DNA of 64,000 nt from Candidatus Sulfomarinibacteraceae bacterium (GCA_963796455.1 CAWCLO010000010.1:352001-416000); one strand, 5' to 3'; shown: positions 48,175 through 58,567, numbered from the stretch's first letter. Made by a program: numbers and translations. The notes: a model not told the origin generated them from the letters alone.

Positions 48175-48971
48175 ACCGCCTCCACCAGGGTTTCCCGATA
48201 TCGACCGAAGATCAGAGTGCCCAACCACCACGAAACGAGACCGACGACATAGGCCGTCAACCACACCCTCGGCGGCGACACGACACCGCTGAATACCGTG
48301 TCCCGGTAAATGGTGACCAGACTCGCCAGCGGGTTCAGCAAAAGTATGCGATGCAGCAGGGCCGGCACCTGCAAGCCTTCGAGGCTGTAGATGATCGGCG
48401 ACGAAAAGAACAAGAGATTGAGAAGATGGCTCAGAAGATCGCGCAGATCCCGATAGTGCACCGAGAGCACGGAGATCGCCATCACCGCGCCACCGGTCGT
48501 GAGAACCCAGGGCAGCAAGGCCAGCGGCAGCGCGCCAAAGGTCCATGGAAACGGGTGCAGCCCGAAAGCGGCACTGACCACCATTGCCAACAAAAGGACC
48601 GGGAGAGCCAGCAGGTGGTGCACCAGGTGCGACACGATCGTCACCGCCGGGAAAATCTCTGGGGGACACATGACCTTTGCCATGAGCGGTCCGTTGTCGA
48701 CCAACGTGATCGAGCCATCGAGGACGGCGCCGGAGAAAAACAGCCACGGCAACAGGCCACTGAAAAGGAAAAGGGGGTATGGATCCGCCCCCGGAAAACG
48801 GGGGCTGAAAATGTATGTGAAGACCACGGCATACACCGCTAACAGCAACAGGGGGTTCAGCAGCGACCAGAAAAAACCGAGGGCCGAGGCACGATATCGG
48901 GCGTCGAGATCACGCCGTACGAGAATCGCCACCAATGAACGGTGCCGCCACAACAATCGAAGCGTTGTCAC
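48171..48971 (-). CDS. wzm: Second polysaccharide ABC exporter permease
   Basis: 'RDLDARYRASALGFFWSLLNP', 'YRDL', 'LNPL'. Confidence 0.92.
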   Translation of the reverse strand: MTTLRLLWRHRSLVAILVRRDLDARYRASALGFFWSLLNPLLLLAVYAVVFTYIFSPRFPGADPYPLFLFSGLLPWLFFSGAVLDGSITLVDNGPLMAKVMCPPEIFPAVTIVSHLVHHLLALPVLLLAMVVSAAFGLHPFPWTFGALPLALLPWVLTTGGAVMAISVLSVHYRDLRDLLSHLLNLLFFSSPIIYSLEGLQVPALLHRILLLNPLASLVTIYRDTVFSGVVSPPRVWLTAYVVGLVSWWLGTLIFGRYRETLVEAV

Positions 48972-50149
48972 TACTCTCCGGACTTCATCAGTTCCTGGAC
49001 CTGATTGATAATCCGGCGCCGCTCGGTGTCGAGATAGCGCTGATAGCTCAGGACCTGACCATCATTGACAATGAACATCTTCGGATAGTGCTTGACGTCG
49101 CCATGGTCGTCGAAGAGGATCGGACCGGTCACACCCATCTGTTCGGTCACACCGAAGTTGAGGGCCTTGAGAATCTCGGTCGTCGCCGGCGGTTGGGCGA
49201 TGGTCATCACCTGAATGGCGATTCGCATCGCATCGTAACCGTGCGCGGCAAAAACATCGGGGGCACGCTGATAGGTGTCCATGTACCGGTTGACAAAACT
49301 GACAACCGGCTCCTTGTCCGTCGTGCGATCAAAGGGCGGCAAGGGAAAGAGCAGACCCTCGGCAGCAGCTCCCGCATCTCGGATTACCTGGCCGCTGTAA
49401 ACCGCGGAGGTTGTGATGATCCTGCCGGGAAAACCGGATTCGCTCAGAAACTGCAAAACCTCGAGGATCTCGCCTGCATATCCGACGACGTAGGCCGCCT
49501 CAACGCCGTTGCCGTCGAGATATCCATCGGCTGTGGACCGCCAACCATCCTTTGTGACATCGACTTCCGCTGCGACCTGACCGCCCAGAGACTCCTCGTA
49601 CTGTTTGAGGAACTCCGGCAGGATGCCCCGCGTGTATTCGGTGTCGCCCGTAAAGAGAAGCACCCGATCCTGGCCGAGCTTGGCGTTGATGAAATTGGCC
49701 GCGGTGTGACCCTCGAGTTCGTCGGACGGGTAGATCCTGAAGAACATGCGGGACATTTGCGCCAACCCCGGCGCCGACGCCGAGGGGGAGAGGGTCACGA
49801 CATCGAGATCGTCGAGCAGTGGAATGATGGCCATGGCCTCGGCACTGGTGGCCCCACCGATGATCATCCTCGCCCCGTTTTCCTCGACCATTCGGCGCAG
49901 CACCAAGGCCGCTTTCGCCGGGTCACTCTCCGTGTCCCCCCAGACGACTTCGAAACCGGTCGGGAGCTCCGCGTGATCTCGGGCATCGGCCAGGGCGAGT
50001 CGAATTCCGCTCTCGATCGATTCACCATAGGAGGAGGCGGCCCCGGTCGATGGCAGCATCACCCCAACGATGGGCTTCCCGCTGCAACCACTCAAAAACC
50101 CGGCCACGAGCAACACTACAGAAGCAACCACGCCCTTGTGCCGTAACAT
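48971..50149 (-). CDS. Lipoprotein with type I periplasmic-binding fold (LivJ/LppC-like)
   Basis: Lipobox 'LSGC', 'VGVMLPSTG', 'AAHGYDA', 'GVTGPILFDDHGD'. Confidence 0.85.
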   Translation of the reverse strand: MLRHKGVVASVVLLVAGFLSGCSGKPIVGVMLPSTGAASSYGESIESGIRLALADARDHAELPTGFEVVWGDTESDPAKAALVLRRMVEENGARMIIGGATSAEAMAIIPLLDDLDVVTLSPSASAPGLAQMSRMFFRIYPSDELEGHTAANFINAKLGQDRVLLFTGDTEYTRGILPEFLKQYEESLGGQVAAEVDVTKDGWRSTADGYLDGNGVEAAYVVGYAGEILEVLQFLSESGFPGRIITTSAVYSGQVIRDAGAAAEGLLFPLPPFDRTTDKEPVVSFVNRYMDTYQRAPDVFAAHGYDAMRIAIQVMTIAQPPATTEILKALNFGVTEQMGVTGPILFDDHGDVKHYPKMFIVNDGQVLSYQRYLDTERRRIINQVQELMKSGE

Positions 50150-50263
50150 GCATCCACCTCCAGGATTGCGGTCAGGTTAGCACAGCGAATGGTCTTCCGA
50201 TCGGACTCCGGAGGTCGCCACACGCCCCTTTCGAGACCACTTCTCAGCTTGCTTGGTGACGGC

Positions 50264-51121
50264 TCAGCGGCCGCTCAACAAATCGAAGATCTGGCGCTTT
50301 TTCAGACCGAGAATCTGGGCGGCCCGTCGCATCGCATCCGGTCGGGTCAGGCCGTCGGAGATGGCCCGATCATATTCAGCCTGTGCGACCTCAGGGCTGA
50401 CAATCACCTGCTCGACCTCGATTTTGCTCGGTCCCACCACGATGACGTATTCGCCCCGCGGGTTGGAAACCTCGTCGCTTTCGGAGATCTCGGCCAGAGA
50501 GCCCAACAGCGAACGCTCGTGTCGTTTGCTGATTTCGGCGAGCAATGTGGCCTCCCGATCAGGCCCGAGGATCTCGGCCATATCGGCCAATTCGCGCTTG
50601 ATGCGGTGAGGCGACAGCAATACCACCAGCGTCCACCGGACCTCGGCGAGCTCGGTGATGCGGCGGCGGCGCGGACCCGCACGCGGCGGTAGGAATCCGC
50701 ACAGGGTCGATGGCAGGGGCGGCTGACCCGAGGCGGCCAGGGCAGCCGTAAACGACGAGGGGCCGGGAACGCTGCACAACGGAAGACCGGCTTGGCGGAC
50801 CGCCCGAACCAGGGCAAATCCCGGGTCGGACAAAACCGGCGTGCCGGCATCGCTGGTCAAGGCCACCGAGTTGCCGGCCATCAGCATCTCGACCAGTTTC
50901 GCCACCTGTTGGTCCTCGTTGTGCTCGTGAAGACTCTTCAGCCGACCGCGGGTCGGGAGACCATGATGGCTGAGAAGGGTCCGTGCGCGCCGCGTGTCCT
51001 CCGCGAGAACCAGGTCGACCCGTCCCAGAATCTCCTGCGCCCGTTCCGAGAGATCGGCAAGAGTTCCGATCGGTGTCGCGACGATCCACAGTGTTCCGGG
51101 GCCAGTTTGGGGTGCAGACAC
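50264..51121 (-). CDS. rsmI: 16S rRNA C1402 2'-O-methyltransferase
   Basis: 'LWIVATPIG', 'AEDTR', 'SDAGTPVLSDPG', 'VPGPSS', 'RGEYV'. Confidence 0.95.
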   Translation of the reverse strand: MSAPQTGPGTLWIVATPIGTLADLSERAQEILGRVDLVLAEDTRRARTLLSHHGLPTRGRLKSLHEHNEDQQVAKLVEMLMAGNSVALTSDAGTPVLSDPGFALVRAVRQAGLPLCSVPGPSSFTAALAASGQPPLPSTLCGFLPPRAGPRRRRITELAEVRWTLVVLLSPHRIKRELADMAEILGPDREATLLAEISKRHERSLLGSLAEISESDEVSNPRGEYVIVVGPSKIEVEQVIVSPEVAQAEYDRAISDGLTRPDAMRRAAQILGLKKRQIFDLLSGR

Positions 51122-51138
51122 GCTGCTATGATATCAGG
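51122..51138. promoter_or_regulatory. Bidirectional overlapping extended -10 promoter
   Basis: + TGcTATGAT-N6-GTG(51139); - TGaTATCAT-N6-GTG(51121). Confidence 0.7.
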
Positions 51139-51786
51139 GTGAAACGGGTCCTCTTCATGCTCATCCTCCTGGCTTTCAGTCATTTCGCCGGCGCTATCGA
51201 GGACGAGTGGCAGACCGTGGAAGAGGTGCTCGGGGTCGTCGGCAATACGCCGGTTCTTTATAGCGATATCGAATTGGCGAGAATCCTGCGGTTGATTGAT
51301 CGTGGCGACGAAGAAACCGAACAGGATTTCAGATCGCGGCTTCTCGATGCCAGGATTCAGCTCGAAATCGAGTTTCGGGAACTCGAGGACAGCGGCATCC
51401 TCTATCGCCTGGAGCTCGAATCCGACCAGGTTCGCAGCAATCTGATCGCTCGCGCCGGTGGCGAAGAAACCCTGGGCGTCGCCCTTCACGAAGCCGGTCT
51501 CGTGTGGCCGGATGTCGATGAGTTGGTGCTGCGGCTTGCGGTGGTCGATGCCTTTGTCGAACAGCGGCTGCGACCGCGGGTCACCGTGACAATCGAGGAG
51601 ATCGAGGCGGAATACCAGGAACTGCTGGTCAATCAGATCGCGGCCTCGGACGAATCGGTTCCCCCTCTGGCGACGGTTCGAGAACACCTCCACCAGATCC
51701 TTGTCGGGCGAAAACTCAACGAGGAGATCGCGTTGTGGCTCGAACGCGCAACGGCTCGGCAGGAGGTTCTTCGCTTCGGATATTGA
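51139..51786 (+). CDS. SurA N-terminal-domain-like exported chaperone
   Basis: Signal peptide, 'VEEVLGVVGNTPVLYSDI', 'VTVTIEEIEAEY', 'WLERA'. Confidence 0.65.
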   Translation: MKRVLFMLILLAFSHFAGAIEDEWQTVEEVLGVVGNTPVLYSDIELARILRLIDRGDEETEQDFRSRLLDARIQLEIEFRELEDSGILYRLELESDQVRSNLIARAGGEETLGVALHEAGLVWPDVDELVLRLAVVDAFVEQRLRPRVTVTIEEIEAEYQELLVNQIAASDESVPPLATVREHLHQILVGRKLNEEIALWLERATARQEVLRFGY

Positions 51787-53959
51787 TCTTCGCGGCCTTC
51801 TTCGCTTCAGGAACACTGTAGAGGTCCGCATAGCGCGAGGACGCGCTCAATACCTGGGCGGTGTAGACACGGGTCACTCCAAAGGAAATGTTGAAGAGAT
51901 ACAACGCGTCGCTACACCCTGCACCACATTGTTCGAGCCAGAGCCTGGCCTGTGTTTCGCCGGCGTTATAAGCCGCGATCGCAGGTGCGCGACGGCCACC
52001 GAAGACCTCGATCAATCGCGCCAATTCGGATGCCCCGAGGGTCAAGTTGATGGGCGCCTCGAAAAGGTCTTCCGCGGTCGGTTCCGGTTCCCCGATCCTC
52101 CTGGCGACCGCAACGGCGGTCGCCGGCATGAGCTGCACCAGCCCGCGGGCACCGACCGCCGAGACCGCTCGTGCGTCCCATCGCGATTCTTCCCGCGCGA
52201 CAGCGGCCAGGAGAGGCCAGTCGACGCCTCCCTTCGAAGCAGCCAGACGAACCTGGTCAGGATTCGGAAGGGGATAGAGCGTTTTTTGAAAAGCAGTCGG
52301 GAGCGCGCTGTCCGGAACCTCGGATCCGGCCTGACGCCACGCTCCATCGGCGACCCGCGTGGATCGACCGGGATAGCCGAAATCAAAGAACTTCGAGGCG
52401 CTCCAGGCCGACTCCCGAGCATCGGCTCTCGGAAAACCCGAAGGATCCCAACGTGCGGCCTCCCGGTCCAGACCGAGTCGCCACAGATCGGCCGCCAGAC
52501 CCGGAGGAAACCGAGGATGCTGTGCTTCTTCCTCTTTGACGAATTCGTCTTCGATTCGACGCCGCAGACTTTCTCGCACCAGAGGGTCGGGCTCGAGCGC
52601 CGCCCACCTTCCGAGAGCGAGCCACAGGGAGCGGCCCGTAGCTTCCGCCACATCCTTCGTGCGGAGTCCACGCCATTGGGCAACAGCTTCGTCCGGCAGC
52701 TGGCCCATGACCTGTCGCGCCTGATCCTCCCAATAGCCCTCCATCGACCGAACGGCCCGGTCCAGCAATTGCAGCGCGACATCGACCTCACCGTCACCCG
52801 AGGCCAGACTTGCGGCAACGACCGATGCGGGCCCGGTCCAGGGTCTTCCCCGTACTTTGAGCAAGCGGCTCTGAGCGGCCGATCCGTCACCCCGCCGCAA
52901 CTCGTCGATTGCGAGCATGACCTGTCCGCGAGATTTCTTCGTTCGGGACCGCAGGCGGTTGATGCCCTGTTCAGCCAGATCCGGTTCCCCGCGCCGCAAC
53001 CGGAGGCGAGCAAGAAAGAGCCGGCGGTCATCATTGGTCTTCAACCTGAGGGCTCGGATCGCCGCTTCGACTGCGGCATCGAGATCGCCGTCAAGTTCAA
53101 ATGAACGGCCGAGGTGAACCTCAAAATCGGCTCGCCGATCAACTTGCCGAGCAAGACCGATCGCCCGTTGATACCAGGAGATGGCCTCCGCCCAGCGATC
53201 GTGCCGAAAGGCGCATCGGCCTCGAAGAAAGGCCACCTCATCTCGTGGGATCGAGCTGTGGCCCACTTCGGCAAGGCCCTCGAGGAGAGGGGCAGCACGA
53301 TCGTACATGGCGTGGCGATACCAGGTCGAAGCAATCCGCCACTCCTCGACGGCCGTCAATGGAGAAAACTCAGCCAGCCTCTCGGCCGCACGCAACGCCG
53401 TCAGATCCCTGGTCGAGGAGGCCAACAGACGTTCGAGACCGGAACGCTCGCTCTCTTGATCAGAGAGTGCCAGGGCAAGCTCGAGTCGCCGGCGAAGGCT
53501 CTTTGACAATTTCCGCGCAACGGTTTCGAGCGAAGCTCGCCCGTCTGATTGAACGCCACTTGCCAGCGCAGCAACCGCGACGTCCGTCGCCGCCTCTCGG
53601 ATCGGCCACGGCATGCCGCGTGCCATACCGGGCAGCGCCAGCGCCACCGCCCTGTCGGCTTCGTCCCCGCCCAACAACAGCGCCAGCTGGATTTCGGCCA
53701 GGATTCCAAGGTCGGTCCCGGGTTTGATGGAGTTCGTCAAAAAGAGCTTCTCCGCCTCGGAGTCCCTGAGTTCGCGGGCAGCGTGGGCCGCGATCATCGC
53801 CTCTTCGGGCGACAGCGGCAACTGGTCGCCGCGTCGGGCCGCGATCTCGAGAACCCGCTGCCAATCCCCTTCTCGAGCAAGCTCTTCGAGACCGGCCCAC
53901 GCAGGAACGACGAGGAACCCGAGCGCAACAAATGCGGAAAACCGAAGCGTTTTGAACAT
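51716..53959 (-). CDS. Lytic transglycosylase (SLT domain) with TPR-like N-terminal region
   Basis: 'AVAREESRW', 'GARGLVQLMPATA', 'AAYNAG'; signal peptide. Confidence 0.9.
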   Translation of the reverse strand: MFKTLRFSAFVALGFLVVPAWAGLEELAREGDWQRVLEIAARRGDQLPLSPEEAMIAAHAARELRDSEAEKLFLTNSIKPGTDLGILAEIQLALLLGGDEADRAVALALPGMARGMPWPIREAATDVAVAALASGVQSDGRASLETVARKLSKSLRRRLELALALSDQESERSGLERLLASSTRDLTALRAAERLAEFSPLTAVEEWRIASTWYRHAMYDRAAPLLEGLAEVGHSSIPRDEVAFLRGRCAFRHDRWAEAISWYQRAIGLARQVDRRADFEVHLGRSFELDGDLDAAVEAAIRALRLKTNDDRRLFLARLRLRRGEPDLAEQGINRLRSRTKKSRGQVMLAIDELRRGDGSAAQSRLLKVRGRPWTGPASVVAASLASGDGEVDVALQLLDRAVRSMEGYWEDQARQVMGQLPDEAVAQWRGLRTKDVAEATGRSLWLALGRWAALEPDPLVRESLRRRIEDEFVKEEEAQHPRFPPGLAADLWRLGLDREAARWDPSGFPRADARESAWSASKFFDFGYPGRSTRVADGAWRQAGSEVPDSALPTAFQKTLYPLPNPDQVRLAASKGGVDWPLLAAVAREESRWDARAVSAVGARGLVQLMPATAVAVARRIGEPEPTAEDLFEAPINLTLGASELARLIEVFGGRRAPAIAAYNAGETQARLWLEQCGAGCSDALYLFNISFGVTRVYTAQVLSASSRYADLYSVPEAKKAAKINIRSEEPPAEPLRVRATTRSPR

Positions 53960-54084
53960 CTTCTCTTGCAACACCAAACTGTCCGAATGTCATCCAATGA
54001 AACCGCTAAGAGGAAACGAAGCATCGGCGTTCCCTCCGGGTACTCTCTCTATTGATAGTAGTATTCTCCACGGAGGCTTGCTTC

Positions 54085-55275
54085 ATGACAGGGACGATCG
54101 ACCCGGCCGCCGACACCAGGAACACGCGTCTGTGGCGGCGCAGTCGCCTCTTCGGTCTCGCGGCCGTGGCCGTGCCGGCCTTGGTTTTCATCATCGTCAT
54201 CACGGAAGGCTACGACGGCCGTCCGTACCTGCGCGGGGATTCCCAGTACTACTACTACGCGGCGCTCTCGCTCTCGCAAGACCTCGATCTCGATCTTTCG
54301 AACCAACTCCCTCTGCCGCTGGAACGCCACAATCTGGATGTCTCTCTCGACCAAGGGGGCCGCCTGGTCCCCAAACACCCGATCTGGATGGCCGTCGCGG
54401 CCCTGCCCCTGATTCTCCTGATGGGAGCACCCGGTGCCTTGCTGTTCAATCTGATACAGCTCCTGCTGTTGCTCCTTCTCAGCTATATATTTGTCCACCG
54501 ATACGCCTCCGCCGAGGCCTCGTCCCTGGCCGTCGCGCTCACCGGCACGGCGTCGTTTTTGCCCCATTACGTCTGGGGTTTTTCGGCGGATGTCTTTGTG
54601 ACGACGTGTCTCATGGCGGGGCTCGTGGCCTTACCCTCGGGAAGGTCTGAAAAACTCGGGCGTCATTTCGCGGCCGGGCTCTTTTTGGGTCTGGCTGTGA
54701 TCTCGAAGTACTCCTTCATTCTCGCCGTTCCCGGCATCATCCTTTTGTGCGGTCGACCGGTTCGCAAGACCGTTCCCGTCTTTGCATCCGGCTTCGCCGT
54801 CCCGGTTCTGATGTGGGCGCTATTGAACGCCCACCTCTTCGGGTCGCCGCTGGTGACACCATATGACCGCATGACAACCATCGACCACGAGCGCCGGGAG
54901 ATTCAGACCCAACGATCGGATTTCGACTTTCCGCTCGTCAAAGGGATGAGCAAACAGCTGACCGATGGCAAACGCGGACTGATACCCACGACACCGATCA
55001 CGATTTTTTCTCTCTTCGGTCTCTATGCACTCGCCCGCCGTGATCGTTTGACCGCCCTCTACATCGGTTCCACATCGATCGCATTCTTCCTCTTTTTCTC
55101 CAAATACAAATGGTGGAGCGCCTCACACCATGGCAACCGCTTTCTGATCCCTGTCGTGATTCTCAGCGCGGTTCCGCTGGCGGCGCTGATGGATCAGATC
55201 GCCATCTGGTTCAGAAAACGACGAGACCGCGCTCGAAAAGCAGCCTCAGCCGACCCACCACCAATTGGCGAATAA
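54085..55275 (+). CDS. GT-C-like polytopic membrane protein
   Basis: 'RGDSQYYY...DLDLDL', 'PKHPI', 'GNRFLIP'; many TM segments; SD GGAGG. Confidence 0.65.
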   Translation: MTGTIDPAADTRNTRLWRRSRLFGLAAVAVPALVFIIVITEGYDGRPYLRGDSQYYYYAALSLSQDLDLDLSNQLPLPLERHNLDVSLDQGGRLVPKHPIWMAVAALPLILLMGAPGALLFNLIQLLLLLLLSYIFVHRYASAEASSLAVALTGTASFLPHYVWGFSADVFVTTCLMAGLVALPSGRSEKLGRHFAAGLFLGLAVISKYSFILAVPGIILLCGRPVRKTVPVFASGFAVPVLMWALLNAHLFGSPLVTPYDRMTTIDHERREIQTQRSDFDFPLVKGMSKQLTDGKRGLIPTTPITIFSLFGLYALARRDRLTALYIGSTSIAFFLFFSKYKWWSASHHGNRFLIPVVILSAVPLAALMDQIAIWFRKRRDRARKAASADPPPIGE

Positions 55276-56436
55276 GGCCATGAAGAAACCGGCGGCTGTC
55301 GCACCGACAAGACCGTAGACGGTGGGCAAACACCGCCGCCCTTCAGCCCAGGCCATGCCGATCAACATGAAAAACGGAAAGAGTGTCAACGCGAGACGCG
55401 AGAAGGACCACAGTGACGATCCCAAAGCCAGGGTCATGCCGGCAGCCGTGTAGAGGGTGTAAGAAGGTCGGAGTCTTCGGGCCATGAAAAAGAGCATGAC
55501 CAGACACATCACGGCAACAATCAACTCGACGGTGGATCCATGCGCTCCGTGCGCAGTTGGGCCCGTTTCCCACCATCTGACAAAAGCCCGCCAAGGACCG
55601 GAGAGCCCACCCCGCCAACGCTCCTGACGTCGGAATATCGCCAACGGATCGCCGAAAACACGACCGCAGTACAACAGATAGGCACCGAGTGCAGCCGGAA
55701 TCAGCCCCACCGGGGCGATATCCCAGATGGAGGGACGCCTGCTGCCGACCGCCGCAGGCCCCTGTCGCCAGCGGCTCCACCACTCCCACACAAAGGGAAT
55801 CACCAGGAGTATCCCAAAGGGGCGGGTCAGGGCGGCGAGTCCGCCAATAACTCCCGCCGCTGCAAACCGACCATCTCGAAGAGCCGAGAAAACGGCGAGT
55901 GACAGGAGCAGAAAGAGCGACTCCGAGTACACGGCCGAGAGAAAAAGACTGGTGGGAAAGACCAACAGGGCCGCGCACGCAGCGGTGCCCGCAGATTCTC
56001 CTCGCTCACCGCCCACTTCGAGGCGGACCAACCGCTCGAGCAACAACAAACTGAGCAATAGGCAGACATTCGAGATCAATACCCCGGCGGCCACCGGACC
56101 GACGACAGCTCCGATGGCGCGAATCAGCATCGGATAGAGGGGAAGAAACCCGGCAGCCGCGCTCGGCTCGTAGGCCACCCCGAGCCCGGTGATCCGATCG
56201 GCGACGTCGTAACCCTCCGCGGCAATCAGCAAAAACCACTCGGAGTCCCACCGCGCCCACATCTCGAGCGCGCGCGGAGCCGGTTGGTGGGCAACAAGGT
56301 TTCCACCCTGATATGCGAGCCCCGATGGCAGGAGAAAGGTCGACAGAAAACCAACGCAAAATAGTGCAAGTCGGCTCGCGAGGAACAGGCAGGCGACCCG
56401 CGCCCACGGCGAACGGAAAGAAGAAGAGAGATCCAC
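55246..56436 (-). CDS. PIG-V-like mannosyltransferase (GT-C)
   Basis: 'RWDSEWFLLIAAEGY', 'FLPLYPML', 'FLSAVYSESLF', 'LTRPFG'. Confidence 0.82.
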   Translation of the reverse strand: MDLSSSFRSPWARVACLFLASRLALFCVGFLSTFLLPSGLAYQGGNLVAHQPAPRALEMWARWDSEWFLLIAAEGYDVADRITGLGVAYEPSAAAGFLPLYPMLIRAIGAVVGPVAAGVLISNVCLLLSLLLLERLVRLEVGGERGESAGTAACAALLVFPTSLFLSAVYSESLFLLLSLAVFSALRDGRFAAAGVIGGLAALTRPFGILLVIPFVWEWWSRWRQGPAAVGSRRPSIWDIAPVGLIPAALGAYLLYCGRVFGDPLAIFRRQERWRGGLSGPWRAFVRWWETGPTAHGAHGSTVELIVAVMCLVMLFFMARRLRPSYTLYTAAGMTLALGSSLWSFSRLALTLFPFFMLIGMAWAEGRRCLPTVYGLVGATAAGFFMALFANWWWVG

Positions 56437-56581
56437 GACAGAACCAGTATAATGACCGACCGCGCCAATGCCTGCATGGGCGGCGGATCACGACTGTTTT
56501 GCCGGATCGACCAGGCCCGCCACGAAAAACATGCGGCCGATCGATCGGCTTGAAACGAAGACGCGTTGACAGGAGACATTC

Positions 56582-57526
56582 ATGAGCGAAGAACACACAC
56601 CCATCCTCATCATCGGTTCCGGTCCCGCGGGCTTGACCGCAGCGATCTATGCCGCCCGTGCCGAGCTCAAACCATTGGTCATCGAAGGGATGCAGCCGGG
56701 CGGTCAGCTCACCATCACCACCGAGGTCGAGAACTATCCGGGATTTCCCGACGGAATCATGGGGCCGGATCTCATGCAGGTCACAAAGGCGCAGGCGGAA
56801 CGATTCGGAACCCGCTTTATTTTCGATCAGGTCAACAAGGTCGAACTCGACGCGAAACCCATCAGGGCTCACACCGACAGCCACGGCACAATTACCTGCG
56901 ATGCTCTGGTGATTGCCAGCGGAGCCTCGGCGAAGCTGCTCGGCATCCCCTCGGAAACAGAGCTCATGGGTCACGGGGTCTCGGCCTGCGCCACCTGTGA
57001 CGGCTTTTTCTTCCGTGACAAGGAATTGGTCATTGTCGGGGGCGGTGACACCGCCATGGAAGAGGCCATCTTTTTGACCAAATTCGCGACCAAGGTCACC
57101 GTGGCACATCGCCGCGACGAACTTCGAGCCTCCAAGATCATGCAGCAACGAGCCTTCGACAACCCGAAAATCCACTTTGCGTGGAACTCGGTGGTCACCG
57201 AGGTTCTGGGTTCCGTCGATGGCGGTGTGACAGGCGTTCTCCTCGAAGACACCCAGACCGGCGAAGTCAAAGAGTTTGCGACCGACGGAGTGTTCATCGC
57301 CATCGGTCATCAACCGAACACGGCCATTTTCACGGGTCAACTCGACATGGACGATGTCGGCTACATCCAAACGGTGCCCGGCACGACCCGGACATCGGTT
57401 GCAGGCGTGTGGGCCTGTGGTGACGCCCAGGATTCGGTCTATCGCCAGGCGGTCACCGCTGCTGGAACCGGGTGCATGGCGGCGATCGAGGCCGAGCGCT
57501 GGCTCGCCGAACAAGAAATTGACTGA
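56582..57526 (+). CDS. trxB: Thioredoxin-disulfide reductase
   Basis: 'IIGSGPAG', 'SACATCDG', '[10 protein letters not shown]', '[11 protein letters not shown]'. Confidence 0.97.
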   Translation: MSEEHTPILIIGSGPAGLTAAIYAARAELKPLVIEGMQPGGQLTITTEVENYPGFPDGIMGPDLMQVTKAQAERFGTRFIFDQVNKVELDAKPIRAHTDSHGTITCDALVIASGASAKLLGIPSETELMGHGVSACATCDGFFFRDKELVIVGGGDTAMEEAIFLTKFATKVTVAHRRDELRASKIMQQRAFDNPKIHFAWNSVVTEVLGSVDGGVTGVLLEDTQTGEVKEFATDGVFIAIGHQPNTAIFTGQLDMDDVGYIQTVPGTTRTSVAGVWACGDAQDSVYRQAVTAAGTGCMAAIEAERWLAEQEID

Positions 57527-57601
57527 TTTCGGAATCGAAAAACACCCAGTAGAGGTTATGATGCTTGGCCGCGGTACGACCGCGGAAAACAGGGAGGCAC
57601 A

Positions 57602-57937
57602 ATGATCTCATTTTCAGAACGAGCCGTGGCAAAAGTCAGCGAGTTTGCAGCCCAGATGCCGGAGGCCGAGGGCAAGGAACTGCGCATCTTCATCCAGGGT
57701 GTCGGCTGTTCCGGTTTTTCTTATGGCTTCACATTTGATGAAAAGCGGGACGGGGACACTGTGGTCGAGGATGGCGACCTGAAGGTGCTCGTCGATCCCA
57801 ATTCGGCACCGCACCTCACGGGTTCGACGGTTGATTTTGTCGACGACGCCCGCGGATCCGGATTTACAGTCGAGAATCCCAACTCGCCCGAGCCCTCAAG
57901 CGACTGTTCGAGCGGTGGTTGCTCCGGTTGTGGCTGA
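57602..57937 (+). CDS. A-type Fe-S carrier (IscA/ErpA/HesB family)
   Basis: 'GCSGFSYGFTFD', 'VDPNS', 'GFTVENPN', Cys-rich tail. Confidence 0.92.
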   Translation: MISFSERAVAKVSEFAAQMPEAEGKELRIFIQGVGCSGFSYGFTFDEKRDGDTVVEDGDLKVLVDPNSAPHLTGSTVDFVDDARGSGFTVENPNSPEPSSDCSSGGCSGCG

Positions 57938-57941
57938 GGCG

Positions 57942-58493
57942 ATGACCGAAGAGGCGCAACTTCTCGAGGTGGTTCGCCTCGGACACCCCGTTCTGCGCCA
58001 GATTGCGGAACCGGTGCCCGAGGAGTGGTTCTCCAGCGGACGGCTGGTGGATTTCGGACGAGACCTCGTGCGCACGATGATCGAGGAGCACGGGGTGGGC
58101 CTTGCCGCACCCCAGGTCGCAGAGGGGCTGCGTCTTTTCTCCTATTGGGTGCCCGCCACCGATGAGGAAGAAGAGATTTCGCCAACGATCATCGCAAACC
58201 CCGAGATCCGGCCGGTGGGTGAAGACCTTGAAGAAGGATGGGAAGGCTGCCTCTCGATCCCCGAGCTCCGGGGCCTCGTGCCACGTTTTCGCCGCATCAA
58301 GCTCAAAGGCCGTGCGCTCGACGGCGAGTGGGTTTCGCTCACCGCTGATGGTTTTCATGCCCGGGTCATCCAGCACGAGTACGACCATCTCGACGGCGTC
58401 GTCTTTCTTGACCGGATGACCGATACCCGGTCCCTGGCCTATGAATCCGAGTGGGAGCGCTTCACCCTCGACGATCCGCCCGAAGACGACTGA
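57942..58493 (+). CDS. def: Peptide deformylase
   Basis: 'GVGLAAPQV', 'EGCLS', 'QHEYDHLDG'. Confidence 0.96.
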   Translation: MTEEAQLLEVVRLGHPVLRQIAEPVPEEWFSSGRLVDFGRDLVRTMIEEHGVGLAAPQVAEGLRLFSYWVPATDEEEEISPTIIANPEIRPVGEDLEEGWEGCLSIPELRGLVPRFRRIKLKGRALDGEWVSLTADGFHARVIQHEYDHLDGVVFLDRMTDTRSLAYESEWERFTLDDPPEDD

Positions 58494-58567
58494 CCCGGTT
58501 CGAGATACAAACTCAAGCACTTCGAACACCAGGTCCGACTATGATCCTAAGGAGGAGGCGGGCCACC

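Noticed and set aside
57935..57937. Selenocysteine read-through at the end of the HesB-family gene
   Set aside because: The TGA is at the expected C-terminus, def starts 4 nt later, and the position that is Sec in HesB-like selenoproteins is TGT here.
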